Position numbers and translations under genes: made by a program. This document shows, piece by piece, positions 20,690 to 29,160 of a stretch of 64,000 nucleotides of DNA. The notes beneath the pieces are model-generated. The model did no database searches. It had not been told where the DNA came from and saw only the letters and a list, made by a program, of their open reading frames with translations. The DNA comes from Sulfuritalea sp. GTDB taxonomy: Bacteria > Pseudomonadota > Gammaproteobacteria > Burkholderiales > Burkholderiaceae_C. The first letter of the stretch is position 1. Each line of letters begins with the position of its first letter. The stretch is taken from the NCBI GenBank assembly GCA_021737875.1, contig JAIPDD010000001.1:999-64998 (forward strand), given 5' to 3'.

Positions 20690-22036
20690 TCAAGCGCTCA
20701 GCGCTGAATGAATAGATAAGGCGGCTACTTTGCCGTGTTCGACCGCTTCAACCGTCAGGTCGCGCCCACCAAAACGGCAGTCTCCGCCAGCCCAAATTTT
20801 GGCGTGGGAGGTTTTCCCTGCTTCGTCCGTTTTGATACGGCCGGCTTGTAGCTCGACACTGGCACCCAAAGCTTGGGCGATAAAACTTTGGCCAATGGCT
20901 TTCAAAATCAGATCGGCTTCCAAGGTGAAGAGCTCTCCGGTTTCTTGCAGCGACCCGTTGACGAGATGCATGCAAGCAAACTGCATTCCTGTCACATGCC
21001 CCGCCTCAGCGACTACGTTTTTGGGTGCCGCCCAGTGATGAATATGCACGCCATTTTCCAGCGCCCACGCTTGCTCGTGCCCTGAGGCGCCCATTTCTTG
21101 TGCACCCCGGCGGTAAACCATGGTGACGCTCTGCGCCCCGAGTTTTTTAGACTGCACTGCGGCGTCAACAGCCGTCATTCCTCCACCAATGACCACGACC
21201 TTTCGACCCACGGGTACTTTGGACAGGTCACTTGCTTGTCGAAGGTCAGCAATAAAGTCAACGGCGTTGCGAATGCCGCTGGCTTGGGCCTCAGGGATTC
21301 CAATGCTGTTGACACCCGCGAGCCCCATGCCAAGAAAAACAGCGTCGTAGTCTTTGACCAAAGTCTCCAGCGCTATGTCTTTTCCCAGTTGGACGTTGTG
21401 ACGCACTTCAATGCCGCCTATGGATAACAACCACTGCACTTCTTTTTGGGCGAAATCGCCGACAGTTTTGTACGTTGCCAGCCCGTACTCGTTGAGGCCC
21501 CCAAGTTTGGGGTGCGCATCAAAGAGCACCACGTCATGGCCTTTTTGAGCCAAGCCGTGCGCACATGCCAGCCCTGCGGGCCCAGCGCCTACGACGGCTA
21601 CTTTGCGTCCTGTTGCTGGCGCACGGGTGAATAGCGGTTTGCCTGGGGCGCTAAAGAATTGGTCGGTGGCATAACGCTGGAGCAGTCCAATCTCTACCGG
21701 TTTGTCTTCGTGGGTATTGCGCACACAGGCTTGCTCACACAACACTTCGGTGGGACACACGCGTGCGCACATGCCGCCCAAGGGGTTGGCTTCCAAAATC
21801 GTGTGTGCTGCCCCGCGCACGTTGTCATCAGCAATGCGGCGAATGAAACTGGGCACATCAATACCCGTAGGGCATGCCGTTTGGCAGGGTGCGTCGTAAC
21901 AGTAATAACAGCGATCCGCCTCAATCTTGGCTTGCGAAAGATTCAGCGGGGCATGGGAATCGCAAAAATTTTGCGCGTATTGCGCAGCTGTCAATCGTCC
22001 TGGAATAACGCCAGGTGCAAGGGCTTGGGTTGTCAT
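20690..22036 (-). CDS. preT: Dihydropyrimidine dehydrogenase subunit PreT (GltD-like)
   Basis: RCYYCYDAPC...CP, CARVCPTEVLCE, GAGPAG, GGGMTAVD. Start at MTTQAL. Confidence 0.92.
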   Translation of the reverse strand: MTTQALAPGVIPGRLTAAQYAQNFCDSHAPLNLSQAKIEADRCYYCYDAPCQTACPTGIDVPSFIRRIADDNVRGAAHTILEANPLGGMCARVCPTEVLCEQACVRNTHEDKPVEIGLLQRYATDQFFSAPGKPLFTRAPATGRKVAVVGAGPAGLACAHGLAQKGHDVVLFDAHPKLGGLNEYGLATYKTVGDFAQKEVQWLLSIGGIEVRHNVQLGKDIALETLVKDYDAVFLGMGLAGVNSIGIPEAQASGIRNAVDFIADLRQASDLSKVPVGRKVVVIGGGMTAVDAAVQSKKLGAQSVTMVYRRGAQEMGASGHEQAWALENGVHIHHWAAPKNVVAEAGHVTGMQFACMHLVNGSLQETGELFTLEADLILKAIGQSFIAQALGASVELQAGRIKTDEAGKTSHAKIWAGGDCRFGGRDLTVEAVEHGKVAALSIHSALSA

Positions 22037-22107
22037 ATGTTGCTCTTCCAAAAAAATGAAACAATCCATCTCAGCAATACGCATTGAATTAAATGCCTTA
22101 TGATTTG

Positions 22108-22125
22108 TTTTACCAATTGGTAAAA
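22108..22125. promoter_or_regulatory. RutR/PydR operator palindrome
   Basis: Perfect 18-bp palindrome TTTTACCAATTGGTAAAA in the preT/regulator divergent gap; resembles the RutR box TTGACCAnnTGGTCAA. Confidence 0.8.
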
Positions 22126-22151
22126 ACCCTAGCATTGATAGCGCAATAACT

Positions 22152-22835
22152 ATGCCCGCCAAGAAAAAACCGGATGAATTGAAGCTTGTCAAAGTCAGCG
22201 TTGCACGCGAGCGCCTGGAGCAAGACATCTTGCGTGCCGCTAAAAAGTTATTTGCCCAGCGGGGGTTTGGCGGGGTTTCCCTGGACCACATTGCGCGGGA
22301 GGTGGGCGCGTCCAAGCAAAATTTGTTGTACTACTTTCCCAGCAAAGAAGAGCTTTACCGGCGCGTACTGCACGGCGTATTAGATGTATGGCTGTCCTAT
22401 ATGGATGCATTGAGCCAACGCCCTGATGACCCGGAGCGGGCGATTCGTGAATACATTGCTGGGAAATTGCGCTTCTCAAGGGAGCACCCCGATGATTCAC
22501 GGGTGTATGCCAACGAGGTGGTCTCTGGTGCCCCCCTCTTTTCTGCAGAAATTGCCGAGCGGGTGATCCCCGCCTTGCAGGCGGATGTGGCCATTTTTAA
22601 TCGCTGGGCTGAGCAAGGTTTGTGTCGGCCCGTTGATGGCCGCCATTTGATGATTTTGCTTTGGGCTTCTACCCAAGTCTATGCCGACTGGGCCAGTCAA
22701 ATCGGATTGGTCTTGGGTAAGTCGGAGTTGGAAGCGGAAGATTTTCAAGCGGCAGAAAATCTCATTGTGGACATGGTTCTGCGCACGGTTTTGGTTCAGA
22801 TTCCCTCCGCTGCGCACCAAGGAGTGGCCAGGTAG
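22152..22835 (+). CDS. rutR: TetR-family pyrimidine regulator (RutR/PydR type)
   Basis: HTH ASKQNLLYYFPSKEELY; YIAGKL..SR..P..SRVYANE; WASTQVYADW. Divergent from the pyd genes. Confidence 0.85.
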   Translation: MPAKKKPDELKLVKVSVARERLEQDILRAAKKLFAQRGFGGVSLDHIAREVGASKQNLLYYFPSKEELYRRVLHGVLDVWLSYMDALSQRPDDPERAIREYIAGKLRFSREHPDDSRVYANEVVSGAPLFSAEIAERVIPALQADVAIFNRWAEQGLCRPVDGRHLMILLWASTQVYADWASQIGLVLGKSELEAEDFQAAENLIVDMVLRTVLVQIPSAAHQGVAR

Positions 22836-22891
22836 TCACCAAAATTGTCACCCTGGCGTGCTTGCGAAAGCTTGTTTTGGGTGAGTATCGT

Positions 22892-22933
22892 TTGATCTTC
22901 ATCAAACCATCTCCTGCCCACGCCCCTTACAGT
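22892..22933 (+). promoter_or_regulatory. FNR/Anr-type class II promoter
   Basis: Perfect TTGAT-CTTC-ATCAA at 22892-22905; TACAGT -10 at 22928-22933. Confidence 0.75.
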
Positions 22934-22970
22934 GGACTATTCATGGATCATTTATACGGGAGTAAGCGAG

Positions 22971-23273
22971 ATGTCTACAAGCCACAAGAACAAATTGATG
23001 GAAGACCTGCAAGTCGTCATTGAAGACGCGGAAGCATTGTTGCGCATGACTGCCAAAGAGGCTGGAGACAGCGCAGCCGATGTCCGGCAAAGGGTGCAAG
23101 CACGCATGGAGCAAGCCAAGCTGGAGTTGTTGCATTTACAAGATGCAGCCGTGGCGCAGGCCAAAGCAGCAGGTCAAGCGGCCGATGCGTTTGTGCACGA
23201 AAACCCATGGAAGTCAGTCGGTGTTGCCGCAGGACTGGGATTGGTCTTAGGTTTGCTTTTGGGTCGACGGTAA
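22971..23273 (+). CDS. ElaB/YqjD/DUF883 family tail-anchored ribosome-binding membrane protein
   Basis: C-terminal FVHENPWKSVGVAAGLGLVLGLLLGRR. Confidence 0.92.
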   Translation: MSTSHKNKLMEDLQVVIEDAEALLRMTAKEAGDSAADVRQRVQARMEQAKLELLHLQDAAVAQAKAAGQAADAFVHENPWKSVGVAAGLGLVLGLLLGRR

Positions 23274-23278
23274 AACGC

Positions 23279-23674
23279 ATGGCTGAGAGCAAAAGCGGGG
23301 GGCTGTTGGGCTCGCTGCGCCAACTCTTGGGAACGGCCTTAGAGACTGTTCACGTCCGGTTGGAATTGCTAGGAACCGAACTGGAGTTTGAAAAACGCCG
23401 TATCTTTGACGGGCTTGTGTTGGGTGCTGTGGCGCTGGTGTTTCTCGGCTTGGGCTTGGTGCTTTTGTGCGGAACAGTCATCTTGTTTTTTTGGGAGGGT
23501 TACCGTTTGATGGCAGGGGGCCTCTTGACCGTGTCATTTCTGGCCATCGGTTTGGTTTTTTTAGGCCAGGCACGCCAACGTGTCAGAGCGGTGCAGGGAA
23601 TGTTCCAAAAAAGCGTGGCTGAACTCCGGCGTGACCAATCACTCACACAAGATGCCTCCCCCCATGCGAAGTAA
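23279..23674 (+). CDS. YqjE-family membrane protein (holin superfamily III-like)
   Basis: RLELLGTELEFEKRR, two TMs, SVAELRRD. Follows yqjD. Confidence 0.85.
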   Translation: MAESKSGGLLGSLRQLLGTALETVHVRLELLGTELEFEKRRIFDGLVLGAVALVFLGLGLVLLCGTVILFFWEGYRLMAGGLLTVSFLAIGLVFLGQARQRVRAVQGMFQKSVAELRRDQSLTQDASPHAK

Positions 23675-24026
23675 CGATCTCCTCGCGCGCCAGCAGCAGC
23701 TCTGTGAACGCAGTGCGCAATTGCGCTTGGCGTGGGTTCGTGAGATTCAATGCGTCAAGTCGCCCTTGTCACTGGGCGACCAACTGCTACGTAGTGCCGC
23801 TTGGATCCGCCGCAAACCGGTGCTGTCGGCGGTAGCGGCGATGCTTCTTTTGGCCTGGCAACCCAAACGGGCCGTCGTTTGGGGCGGTCGAATCGTGTGG
23901 GGATGGAATCTCTTTCAGGGCGTTTCTAAAACGCCGCTGGCATGCTGGGCAAAACGACCTTTTTCGCGCGAATGCACTGGGTCACTGGGGCCCCAAGGCC
24001 AACCGCCAAATTCGGTGCGGCGGTAG
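23664..24026 (+). CDS. YqjK-like protein with C-terminal extension into pirin
   Basis: L..RQQQL..RSAQLR N-terminus, RKPVL..A, W..W; operon position after yqjE. Confidence 0.65.
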   Translation: MRSNDLLARQQQLCERSAQLRLAWVREIQCVKSPLSLGDQLLRSAAWIRRKPVLSAVAAMLLLAWQPKRAVVWGGRIVWGWNLFQGVSKTPLACWAKRPFSRECTGSLGPQGQPPNSVRR

Positions 24027-24931
24027 TCGTCAAAAGCCTGGTGGATTTCTTCTTGGGTGTTCATCACAAACGGGCCGTATTGCGCAACTGGCTCGCCAAT
24101 CGGACGACCTTGTAGCATCAAAAGCTCCGTGGTTTCTTCCCCGTTGATGATTTCAATGGCATCGGTGGATCGAACCTCAATGACAGAACCCACGCCCATG
24201 GTCTCGCCGGCAGCGCTGAGCGTGGCCCCTTTAAAGAAATACAGTTGGCGACGTGTTTGTGGGTTTGCTGTAGCAGGCAAAGTCCAGCGGGCGCCTGGCG
24301 CCATGCGAACCGTAAAAATCGCCACGTCTGCATCGGCTTGGCTGGCCCAGGAGTGGGGCGGGGGTGGCAGACCTTGGGCTTTGTTCAAGGCCCCCGCCAC
24401 CACCACAACTTCCGTGGCCCGATTTTCATCGTCGTGAACGGTCACGCGTTCAATATGTTCATTCCAAAGCATGGTGAAGTGCGGCTCTGCCATTTTGTTT
24501 TTGGCGGGGAGGTTGAGCCAAATTTGAAACAGCTCGGCTGGATTGGCTTGATCAGTGTTGCGCAGGGGAAACATTTCGCAGTGAACAATGCCTTTGCCGG
24601 CGGTCAGCCATTGCACATCGCCTGCGCCAAAGCGGGCGATGGCACCCACGGAGTCGGAGTGGTCAATATGGCCTTGGCGAACGATGGTGACAGTTTCAAA
24701 GCCACGGTGTGGGTGTGCCGGAAAGCCGGGGACGGTTTTCCCGTGGTACATGCTCCAGCCATCTTTGCCAGCGAAGTCTTGCCCGAGATCGCGTCCGGTC
24801 AAAGGCGCGCTAGGGCCCATGGCGGCATTGCCAGGCGGGTACGCGTCGTTGTGGTGCACGCAAAACAAAAACGGGTCCAAGGTTTGCCAAGGAAAAGCCA
24901 AGGGAGCCACACTCAAGATGCTGGGGTTCAT
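23915..24931 (-). CDS. Pirin family protein
   Basis: DPFLFCVHH, FPAHPHRGFETVT, QWLTAGKGIVHCE, GPFVMNT. Confidence 0.93.
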   Translation of the reverse strand: MNPSILSVAPLAFPWQTLDPFLFCVHHNDAYPPGNAAMGPSAPLTGRDLGQDFAGKDGWSMYHGKTVPGFPAHPHRGFETVTIVRQGHIDHSDSVGAIARFGAGDVQWLTAGKGIVHCEMFPLRNTDQANPAELFQIWLNLPAKNKMAEPHFTMLWNEHIERVTVHDDENRATEVVVVAGALNKAQGLPPPPHSWASQADADVAIFTVRMAPGARWTLPATANPQTRRQLYFFKGATLSAAGETMGVGSVIEVRSTDAIEIINGEETTELLMLQGRPIGEPVAQYGPFVMNTQEEIHQAFDDYRRTEFGGWPWGPSDPVHSREKGRFAQHASGVLETP

Positions 24932-25043
24932 ATGCATGCTTTAAAAAGAATCAAAGCACTATTAAAGCGCAATTTACGCGGTCCCCGTTACGGGCTGCAA
25001 GCTGCAATTGAAAGGATATTTCTACTGCCGATAAGATTGCGGC

Positions 25044-26249
25044 ATGGATATACCTTCCGTTTTGCTGCGTTTCTTCGGTGCGACCTTGCTGACGGGGGTC
25101 TTGCTTGCGTTTAGCGTTACTGAACGTTCGGCCCCAGTCCCAGCCGCTGTCGCGCTGGTCCCCGCATCGCAAAACCCCTCAGACCTTGCATCCGATGCCG
25201 ATTGGGTAACTGGCGCAAAAGGCCATATTCCGATGCCCCAGGGTGCCATGGCTGCGCATGCAAGTGCACTGGTTGCGATGCCAGACAGCCATCCGGATGC
25301 GCTGATGGCCTTTTGGTTTGCCGGGGATCGCGAAAGCGCTCCCAATGTTCAAATTGCCAGCGCAAGTTTTAACCGCACCAGCCAAAGTTGGGGCGAGGCG
25401 CGTTTTGTGGTGAACCGCCACGCGGTAGGTGCGCAATTGGGGTTTGGCGTGCGCCGATTGGGTAACCCGGTGGCGTGGCGAGACGCGAGCGGGCGCATGC
25501 ACTTGTTTGTGGTCGCAACCGGTTGGGGCGGCTGGGCGGCAGGGCGCATATTGCATTTGCAGCAACGCCAAGGAAGCCTTGCGCAAGATGTGGAATTCGA
25601 TCCGGTGGGGCTGCTGCCTTTGTCATGGTTGTGGAATACCAGTTTTTTAGTCCGAACGGCGCCGCTTGCTTTGGCCGATGGCGGCATGGTGTTGCCCGCG
25701 TATTTCGAGTTGGGTTTTAAGTATCCCGTTGCCCTTCGGTTTGATGGCCAAGGCAATTTTGTGGGCATGGTGCGTATTTCCAATAAGCGGTTCGCTTTGC
25801 AGCCCGCATTGCTAGCCCAATCGGCCACGCAGTGGTTGGCACTGATGCGTGACAACCGCGATGTCGGAAAAATCATTGCCGCCCAAACGGTGGATGCGGG
25901 GCAGAGCTGGACCGATTTGCCGGACTTGGCTTTGGATAACCCGGACTCCGCGATTGCAACGCTTGATGCCCAAGGGCAGCATTGGTTGGTGCACAACGAT
26001 TCACTCCATTCGCGCGAGCAATTGACCTTGAGTCGCTCGCCCCAAGGGCGGGAGTGGCGCACGGTGTTGCGACTTGAAGATGGTGCCCCAGGGCAAGAGT
26101 TTTCATATCCTGCCATCGTTCAAACCAACAACAGCCTTTGGATAAGCTACACCGACCAACGCCGCAGTATTGCGTGGCAGCGCTTGGATTTAAAGGTAAA
26201 CCCAAGCAATGCCAACCCAAGCGCAGCCAACGCGAAGGACACGCCATGA
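25044..26249 (+). CDS. BNR/Asp-box beta-propeller protein (exo-alpha-sialidase-like) with N-terminal anchor
   Basis: HAS, AFWFAGDRE, LGNPV, Asp-box TVDAGQSW, NPDSAI, EFSYPAI. Confidence 0.8.
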   Translation: MDIPSVLLRFFGATLLTGVLLAFSVTERSAPVPAAVALVPASQNPSDLASDADWVTGAKGHIPMPQGAMAAHASALVAMPDSHPDALMAFWFAGDRESAPNVQIASASFNRTSQSWGEARFVVNRHAVGAQLGFGVRRLGNPVAWRDASGRMHLFVVATGWGGWAAGRILHLQQRQGSLAQDVEFDPVGLLPLSWLWNTSFLVRTAPLALADGGMVLPAYFELGFKYPVALRFDGQGNFVGMVRISNKRFALQPALLAQSATQWLALMRDNRDVGKIIAAQTVDAGQSWTDLPDLALDNPDSAIATLDAQGQHWLVHNDSLHSREQLTLSRSPQGREWRTVLRLEDGAPGQEFSYPAIVQTNNSLWISYTDQRRSIAWQRLDLKVNPSNANPSAANAKDTP

Positions 26250-26890
26250 CTGCAGTATGGAACGCATGGGCGCCCGGCTTGCCCTCTCTTGCCCTGCTGC
26301 CGTGGGCGATGCATCTGGGCTGGGGCATTGTGATGGCTGCGCTCTTTAACCACTTGCTTTACAACCAAGAGGGAGTCGCACGTCAACGAATGGTGTGGGC
26401 TGTGGCTGTTGTCGCTTGTATTCCAGGCCTATGGGGCCCGGTGTATTGGTTGGGATTGGCATTTCAAACGCCGAGTGTGCTGGCCGTGGTGTGGGCAGGG
26501 CAGCATCTTTACAGCCGTTGGCCCATCGCTGCATGGACCTTGAAGTCCCGCCCTGCGCAGCGCAGTGCGGTCAATGGAGTTTTTGCTGTCTTGGGCGTCG
26601 TGTTGGGTTGGATTTTGTTACTAGATACATTGGCTTTGCTGCCTTTCCAACTTTATGCGATGGGCTTTTCACCCTGGGGTGCAGTAGTCGCTCTGTTGCT
26701 TGGTTTGTTGCCCTGGATTTTTCAAGGAATGCCAGGCTTGAGAAGCGCTGGCGGCATGGTCGTGTTGGCCGTCCTTGTGTTCACACTGTTGCGACTACCT
26801 ACAGGCAATATGTGGGATGCATTGCTCGACCCGTGGCTTTGGGTGGCGTTGCATTTTTACTTGGCGCGTTTGGCGTTGCGCGGTAGATAA
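26246..26890 (+). CDS. Hypothetical polytopic membrane protein
   Basis: 214 aa, hydrophobic, C-terminal TGNMWDALLDPWLW. ATGA overlap with the BNR gene. Confidence 0.75.
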   Translation: MTAVWNAWAPGLPSLALLPWAMHLGWGIVMAALFNHLLYNQEGVARQRMVWAVAVVACIPGLWGPVYWLGLAFQTPSVLAVVWAGQHLYSRWPIAAWTLKSRPAQRSAVNGVFAVLGVVLGWILLLDTLALLPFQLYAMGFSPWGAVVALLLGLLPWIFQGMPGLRSAGGMVVLAVLVFTLLRLPTGNMWDALLDPWLWVALHFYLARLALRGR

Positions 26891-26897
26891 ATAGCCC

Positions 26898-28658
26898 TTA
26901 CTTTTGGCGTGTGAGCAACCACTCCCGGCCAAAAAGCCATTGATCGGGATACCAAAGGTTGGACCAGGTAATTTCGCCTTCGCGGTGGCGGCTTTTGACA
27001 TGCCAGCGCTGGCCCAGAACGTGGCATGGGACTGCGCACCTTGCATTGGTTTGTTGTGTATCTTCTTCCAACCAGACGACAGCGTCATGGTTTTCCAACA
27101 AAAACACCAAGCGCTCAGCAGGTGGCATTTCGGGATGCAAAACCCCCGTGTTGCGGCCCTCGGCGTCATAAGGAATCAAAGTGTTGCCGGGCAAAACAAA
27201 GCCAAAGCGTTCGTATTGCCCGGTAAAGCCATTGGGAACGGCGATGCGTTTATCTTTTAACTGCGCTTTGACTGTGTCGCTGTACTGCGCAGCAGGGCTG
27301 TCTAAAGGGGCCACCATGGCGCTGAAACTGGCGTAGACGCACAGACTGGCAAACAATGCACTGTTGCGGCTCCATGGGGGTTTGAAACATCCCACAATAG
27401 TGGCCAACCCACCTGCCGTAGTGAGTGTCAAAGTGGTCCAGAGATCCCATCCCGAGCCGATGCCCATGTCTGCCATTACCCAGGCAATGCGCGCCAACAT
27501 GACAAAGGCAAGTGCGGAAATTCCCAAAGTGATAAGAAACCAAAAGCGCGCAATCCGCTCCCAATACAAGGCCAACACCATGGCCAAGGCGGGCATCGCA
27601 GGAATCACGTACCTGGCGGAGCGTTGGCTGGGGATAGCAAAAATGATCAGCCAAATCAAAAGCCAAACCATGAGAATGCCTTGGGCTGGCGGCCAAGGGG
27701 TGCGATCTTTATTTGTCAGACCCCAACGGATTCCTGCCCATGCCAAACCCACCACGACAAACCACATCAGACCAGCGTTTTCAGGGTAAGCCAGCAACTG
27801 GGTCCACAGGGGATAGTCGCCAAAGAGCGCAGCATGCCAATACCCTTGTGCCCCTGACATTTTTCCTGCATTTTCTGCCACAACAAATTCTTGCCAGACT
27901 GCACTGGGGTTGGGGTCGATCACAAACCAAAGGCTAAAAAGACCTAAGGCCAACAAGGCGCTCCAAGTCACGCCCAAGGTGGCGCGCAGCACGGGTTTCC
28001 ATTGCAGTGTGGGCTCAAGCCACAGCAAGACAAACCACAGGGTGGCCGCTGCAGGTGCCACAAGGGCAAACGATTTATAGAGCAAGCCCACGCCCATGGC
28101 TAAACCAAACCACGTAAACGTTTTCCAAGTCACCGGCGTCTTGCTGATGTCTTGTGCATTCCAAAGCAAATAAAACATGGGCAAGGCCAACCAAAAGGTC
28201 TCTGGCCCGGAGGTGAGGTAGGCGCGGCCGTAGCGATAGGTGGAAAAAAACGCCAGGTAAAGCACCGCCGCCAGACACGCAGTGCGCCAGTTCTTGGCAA
28301 TTCGGAGGGTTATGGCGGCAACCATGCCTGCAGTAAAAAAGGAGTACAAAACGCTCGGAAGCCGCAGCGCGAAAATCGTCCAATGGTTTCCCCAGTCGCC
28401 CGCAACCATGGCTTGCCAAAATAACAAGGGAGGTTTGGTATTGCGTAAATTAACGATGTCCGATTGGAGCGGAAGCCAATCGCCGGTAGCAGCGGTAAGC
28501 CGTGCGATATGGATGTAGACCATCTCATCGCCATTGGTTGGCGCGTAGGAACCACCTAAACCAAAAAGATAGAGTCCGGCCGCAAAGGCAAGCAAACCCA
28601 CCCAAAGCCACACAAAAGAGTGCGAAGAATTCAGAGTCGGAGCAGGTGCGGTTGGCAT
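26898..28658 (-). CDS. ArnT/PMT-like (GT-C) lipid-carrier-dependent glycosyltransferase
   Basis: GDEMVY..IAR....GDWL, TKPPLLFW, LRLPS, LLYKS, RYVIPAMPALA. Confidence 0.85.
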   Translation of the reverse strand: MPTAPAPTLNSSHSFVWLWVGLLAFAAGLYLFGLGGSYAPTNGDEMVYIHIARLTAATGDWLPLQSDIVNLRNTKPPLLFWQAMVAGDWGNHWTIFALRLPSVLYSFFTAGMVAAITLRIAKNWRTACLAAVLYLAFFSTYRYGRAYLTSGPETFWLALPMFYLLWNAQDISKTPVTWKTFTWFGLAMGVGLLYKSFALVAPAAATLWFVLLWLEPTLQWKPVLRATLGVTWSALLALGLFSLWFVIDPNPSAVWQEFVVAENAGKMSGAQGYWHAALFGDYPLWTQLLAYPENAGLMWFVVVGLAWAGIRWGLTNKDRTPWPPAQGILMVWLLIWLIIFAIPSQRSARYVIPAMPALAMVLALYWERIARFWFLITLGISALAFVMLARIAWVMADMGIGSGWDLWTTLTLTTAGGLATIVGCFKPPWSRNSALFASLCVYASFSAMVAPLDSPAAQYSDTVKAQLKDKRIAVPNGFTGQYERFGFVLPGNTLIPYDAEGRNTGVLHPEMPPAERLVFLLENHDAVVWLEEDTQQTNARCAVPCHVLGQRWHVKSRHREGEITWSNLWYPDQWLFGREWLLTRQK

Positions 28659-28668
28659 GGCCTGGGAA

Positions 28669-29160
28669 TTATCGTTTGCGAAAAGTCCAGCGGTCGTTGG
28701 CGATAAAGTTGCTGACACTGGCCACGACGATGGCGATGACGTTGGCAAGCATGTAATGCATGGCATGGGCCAGCCACAGCGTCAGGCCGTATTGCAGCGC
28801 AATTCCAAACCAGGACGCCAGCGCATATTTCCCAAATTGATAGACAAGCGGTGTCGGTGCGATGTGCAAACCAGCATCACCTTGCGAATGGATGGCTCGC
28901 ACCCGGTCAGACCAGGTCCACAGGCGGTTCCAGGTGAAGTTGTTCAAGGTTGCAACAGAAATGGCCAAAGCCAATGAAGCGTAGGGCTTACCTTCAGGTC
29001 CCTCAAGGGATTGAAACAAAAACTCATGGCCAAAATACAAAACCAGCATATTGACGACCGTACCGCTGGCGCCGACCAAGCCAAATTTGATATAGCGGAT
29101 ACTTTTGAGCCATGCCATGGCCGCAAGTGCACGTTCTTGTAGGCCTACCTTATTGGCCAT
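28669..29160 (-). CDS. GtrA-family flippase-like protein (duplicated motif)
   Basis: IKFGLVGASGTVVN, NNFTWNRLWTW, SNFIANDRWTF. Confidence 0.88.
   Translation of the reverse strand: MANKVGLQERALAAMAWLKSIRYIKFGLVGASGTVVNMLVLYFGHEFLFQSLEGPEGKPYASLALAISVATLNNFTWNRLWTWSDRVRAIHSQGDAGLHIAPTPLVYQFGKYALASWFGIALQYGLTLWLAHAMHYMLANVIAIVVASVSNFIANDRWTFRKR

Noticed and set aside
20690-22036. Second gltD copy
   Set aside because: The GltD-like protein next to preA is PreT; the real gltD follows gltB.
22037-22315. 93-aa N-terminal extension of PreT in the ORF track
   Set aside because: It would overlap the divergent regulator and its operator; PreT similarity starts at MTTQAL (22036).
23279-23674. Prophage holin
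   Set aside because: YqjE-type protein in a yqjDEK context, with no phage genes nearby.
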